The notes below the pieces were generated by a model. The model did not search any database, had not been told where the DNA came from, and saw nothing but the letters and a program-made list of their open reading frames with translations. This document shows positions 60,231 through 64,000 of a stretch of 64,000 bases of DNA, in pieces (within the stretch, counting starts at the first letter, position 1; every line of letters begins with the position of its first letter). The translations under genes were made by a program, and so were the position numbers. This DNA is from Tubulanus polymorphus (taxonomy: Eukaryota; Animalia; Nemertea), in assembly GCF_964204645.1 (NCBI RefSeq), contig NC_134033.1, positions 9,556,655 through 9,620,654 on the forward strand. Reading direction: 5' to 3'.

Positions 60231-60387
60231 ATACCACGATTGATATAACACTATATCCGTGTTGACGCGATGTAGAGAGAATCCCACAATTATAACGATA
60301 AAGTCCGAAAATGTAACTTCGAGATAGTAGTTTATTTCAACGTTTCGACTATATCCTAATAGTCATCTTCAGGAATAAAGTACAGTA
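60231..60387 (-). mobile_element. Short Penelope-like/retrozyme-type insertion
   Basis: Flanked by the duplicated aattaaca (60223-60230 and 60388-60395); contains a hammerhead core. Confidence 0.7.
60331..60379 (-). ncRNA. Minimal type I hammerhead ribozyme motif
   Basis: Minus strand reads TTTATTC CTGAAGA T GACTAT taggat ATAGTC GAAA CG TT GAAATAAA: CUGANGA and GAAA boxes, 6-bp stem II, palindromic ACGT stem III and closing stem I. Confidence 0.75.
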
Positions 60388-60674
60388 AATTAACATTACA
60401 TAAGCAATATTTAATTACTAATATTGAAACAGTTACTAATAAATATGGAGTTAAATTAGGTATTCATTTAGAATATGAAGGAAATAAATATGAATATGAA
60501 TATAAATTCAGAACATATTTACCAGATAGATTTCATAGATTATCAAGTGAAGATCTAGAAGAAGTGTGTACTGGTGATTTCTATTTCATATATAAATGTA
60601 AAAAAGAAAAAGGGCATCATGATATAGATTTCGAATAGTTTAAAATCAATTTTAATAAAACATTTGATATTAAA

Positions 60675-63600
60675 ATGGAAGCAAATAAGAAGTACTACTG
60701 TCCAACATGTAAAACCAATGAAGATAAATCTCAAAAAGCAAGATATGATAAAACTAGATCTCACTTGGAGAATAAATTGAAATTAGATTATTGTAATGAT
60801 ATATTAGAAACTAAATTAGAAGAATTAAAGAATAAAAAAGAAATATATAAATGTGATACATGTAATCAATCATTCAGTAACAAAAGATATTATGAACAAC
60901 ATTTAAAATCCAAAAGTCATATTAGAAATATTAATAATGATATTTTGGGTGAAGATTATCTTAATAAAGATAATGATAAGAAACAAAGCATAATTAAAAG
61001 AATACAAAATAAAATAAATAATAAAAGACCATACATGGAAGGGAAGATGTTAGAAATTATATTAATTCATTAGATGATTAAAAAAGATATTGAAATAACC
61101 GAAGCATTTAAAAGTGATATTGGACCAGCTGCTATTGAATTTAAATTCTATAAAGGCAAAACATTAGAAGAAATTATAAAACATTTAGAAAGCATGAAAA
61201 ATATTATAAAAATAATTACAGACGTAGAATATCCTAAAATAAGTATATCTGCTAAAGTTAGATTTATAAAATCTGAAGATAAACCAATATATGATATAAA
61301 TTCTCATTCACAACATATTATTTAAAAACAACATATAGATGACAAATTAAATAAATGTTATAATGAAGTAAAAAATAAAATAGAAGAGAAATATTTTAAA
61401 GGGTCTGGTTTAATATTTGATGAAATAATATTTATGACGTTGCATGTGTACAATACAAAATATAATAGATTAACTAAATCGAAACAAATTGATGAAAATA
61501 ACTATCAAATTATAAAGTTGATAATATAAATGCATCAAGTTATATTAAACTACCATTTAAAACTAATGCTGTTATAAATGTACAAGATTTTGATGATGAA
61601 TGTTTTCTATGGACAATTATAAGTTATATACATTCTGCAACTGATAATATGTGTAGAGTATCAAATTATAAACAATTTGAAGATAATTATAAGATAGACA
61701 ATTATCCTGTTATATTAAACAAATACCAAAAATAGAAAGAGATAATAATTTAAAAATAAATGTATTCGATTTAATTAAATTACCAAATACAAAAGGTAAT
61801 AATATTAAACATTATAAATTAGACCCTTTGTATTTATCAAAAGATTATGATTCAAATAATTTCATGGATATATTATATTATGAGAATCATTATATGTGGA
61901 TAAAACCAATTGATTTATTTTTTAAATCAAATTCTGATTTTAATAATAAAATATTTTTATGTAGAAAATATATAACTAAATTCAGTAATGAAAGTGCATT
62001 ATTTAATCATAAACAATTATGTGATAATCGTGATTATTGTATATTAATTTTACCAAATGAAAAAGATAATAAATTAGAATTTAAAAAATATGATTACAAA
62101 AATAGAATACCATTTGTTATATATGGAGATTTTGAATCACTAAATATGGAATTAACAGATCAAGATAGAAAAGAAATATATTATAAAAGAAAGAAATTAA
62201 ATTCTAGTGTCATTGATTTTTCAGACCCGCCAAAAAATACTATTAAAAAGATTCATCAGTCAGCTGCAGCCTTTGGATTATATATTGTATCTGATTATCC
62301 AGAACTAATTAAAAGTGACTATTATAATTATCGAGATGAAAATGTTATTAATCATTTTTGTGGCTTATTAATATGAAATAGAATTAAATGAATTGTTAAA
62401 TGAAAATATAGAAATTATAATGACAGAAGAAAAATAAGAATTTGAGTTTGCAGATAAATGTTCTTATTGTGAAAAACTATTCAATTTTAAAGATAAAAAA
62501 GTTAGAGATCATGATCATTTGAATGGAAAGTTTAGAGGCGCAGCGCATGAGAATTGTAACTTACAATCTAAAAAAAATCAATTTTGTTCCAGTTATATAT
62601 CATAATTTATCAGGATATGATGCTCATTTATTTATCAAGCAACTATGTCATAAAATAGAAGAAATCAATAATGAAATAGGAAGATTAAATTCAGATGGAT
62701 CAAAAGATGTTGCTAAAATACCATCTTATAAATTCAAAATTTTAGCTAAAACATCTAAGAATTATATATCTTTCCAATTTGGATGCTTAAGATTCATAGA
62801 TTCTTATAGATTTTTCAGTAGTTCACTAGATAATTTATCAAAATCATTAGTTGATGATGAATTAAAAATAATAAAATAACATAATCCAAATATTGATGAT
62901 TTTCAATTAATGAGATATAAAGGCGCAATTCCCTATTCATTTTATAACTCGCATAAAGATTTTAACATAACTGAATTATTAAAAGAACAATTAGAAAATG
63001 AATATGTTAAAGATGGAGTTTGAAATAGAACATTGAATATTTGGAATCATTTCAAAATAAAAAATCATGGAAAATTAGATTTATATTTAAAATTAGATGT
63101 ATTATTATTAACTGATATATTTGAAAGGTTTAGAGATGTGAATCTAAAATATTTTAATATTGTTCCATGTCATTGTTATTCTAGCCCAGGATTAACTTGG
63201 GATTGTGGTTTAAAATTTACAGATATAAAAATGGATTTATTAACAAATATTGATCAATTACTATTATTTGAAAAATCTATATGGGGAGGTGTTTCAGATG
63301 TATTAGGTGATAGATATTTCAATGTAAATGATAATCCTGGATATAAGTTATTATGGTTGGGCAATGATCGAACCACAACCTTATGGAGTATTTCAAATAA
63401 CTGAAATTTTACAAATTGTTAAATTTGATTGGAAGAAAAGAATTCTAGATATTGCAGATGATTCAGATACTGGTTACTTCTTCGTTGTAGACTTGGAATA
63501 CCCTGAACATAAGAAATTTAAATCTAGAACATAAAAAATTTACATCTAGAAGTCTAGCATACTATCCCGAACATAAAACTGTTACACATGAAGAATTATC

Positions 63601-64000
63601 AAATTATCAAAAAAGAATTAAACCGGATAAGAAGATTGATTTAATTATGTAGTACATTACCGGATGTTAAAATTTTATTTTAAGGAAACAAGGAATGATA
63701 TTTAAAAAAGTACATAGATATATCTCATTCAATCAATCTAAATGGTTAGAAAAATATATAGATTTTAACACCAAACAGAGAACTAAAGTTAAAGCTGATT
63801 TTGAGAAAGATTTCTTCAAGTTAATGAATAATGCATTTTATGGTAAGACTTGTGAAAATATTAGAAATAGAAATGATATTGAGTTAGTTAGTAATGGTGA
63901 AAGCATTAGACATTTACAAACATATCTTAAATTTATTGGTAACAGAATATTTGATGAAAATTTAGCTGCAGTTAAAATGAGGAGAACAAGTATGAAATTG
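60675..64000 (+). pseudogene. polB: Protein-primed PolB (copy D), heavily disrupted
   Basis: Colinear fragments with YGDFES, YHNLSGYD, SPGLTWD and KLMNNAFYGK. Confidence 0.93.

Larger units (their letters stand above)
60118..60638 (+). pseudogene. Small conserved polB-adjacent protein (copy D), interrupted
   Basis: MERKQVHSENNKSFLDRIKD...YLPDRFHRLSSEDLEE; insertion at 60231-60387. Confidence 0.85.
59940..64000 (+). mobile_element. Polinton-like copy D (decayed; runs off the window)
   Basis: Remnant of a B-type hairpin (loop attctcgcacgctcgaattt, inner arm ending ttact at 60055), then the small conserved gene and polB. Confidence 0.88.

Noticed and set aside
1-64000. Bacterial prophage or free giant-virus contig
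   Set aside because: Spliceosomal-type introns, LINE, CACTA and MITE elements and 6-bp TSDs show integrated Polintons in a eukaryotic chromosome.

Overview
AT-rich eukaryotic DNA, probably from an invertebrate, made almost entirely of nested mobile elements. It is dominated by four related copies (A-D) of a Polinton/Maverick-type integrating dsDNA virus. The family encodes a protein-primed PolB, retroviral-type integrase with chromodomain, A32-like packaging ATPase, jelly-roll major and minor capsid proteins, an HNH nuclease and about seven predicted membrane proteins, with no recognisable maturation protease. Copy B (14344-32436; 463-bp TIRs; TSD ATCAAC) sits inside an EnSpm/CACTA transposon (11570-36944; TSD TT), which itself splits the HNH gene of copy A (about 1910-37429; left part missing). 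Copy C (41475-57915; inverted; TSD CTTGTG; internally deleted) sits inside a non-autonomous split-direct-repeat (DIRS/Ngaro/PAT-type) element and carries a Helentron-like insert with a nested MITE. Copy D (about 59940 to window end) is decayed, has a different gene order and carries an insertion with a minimal hammerhead ribozyme. All copies are damaged. The most unusual features are: (1) each terminus is itself a 190-400 bp fold-back hairpin with compensatory changes between copies; (2) nearly every viral ORF starts with the poxvirus-late-like TAAATG motif; (3) the gene set is membrane-protein-rich and apparently protease-less, suggesting a membrane-containing virion. Family assignments rest on motif recognition by eye; no database searches were run.
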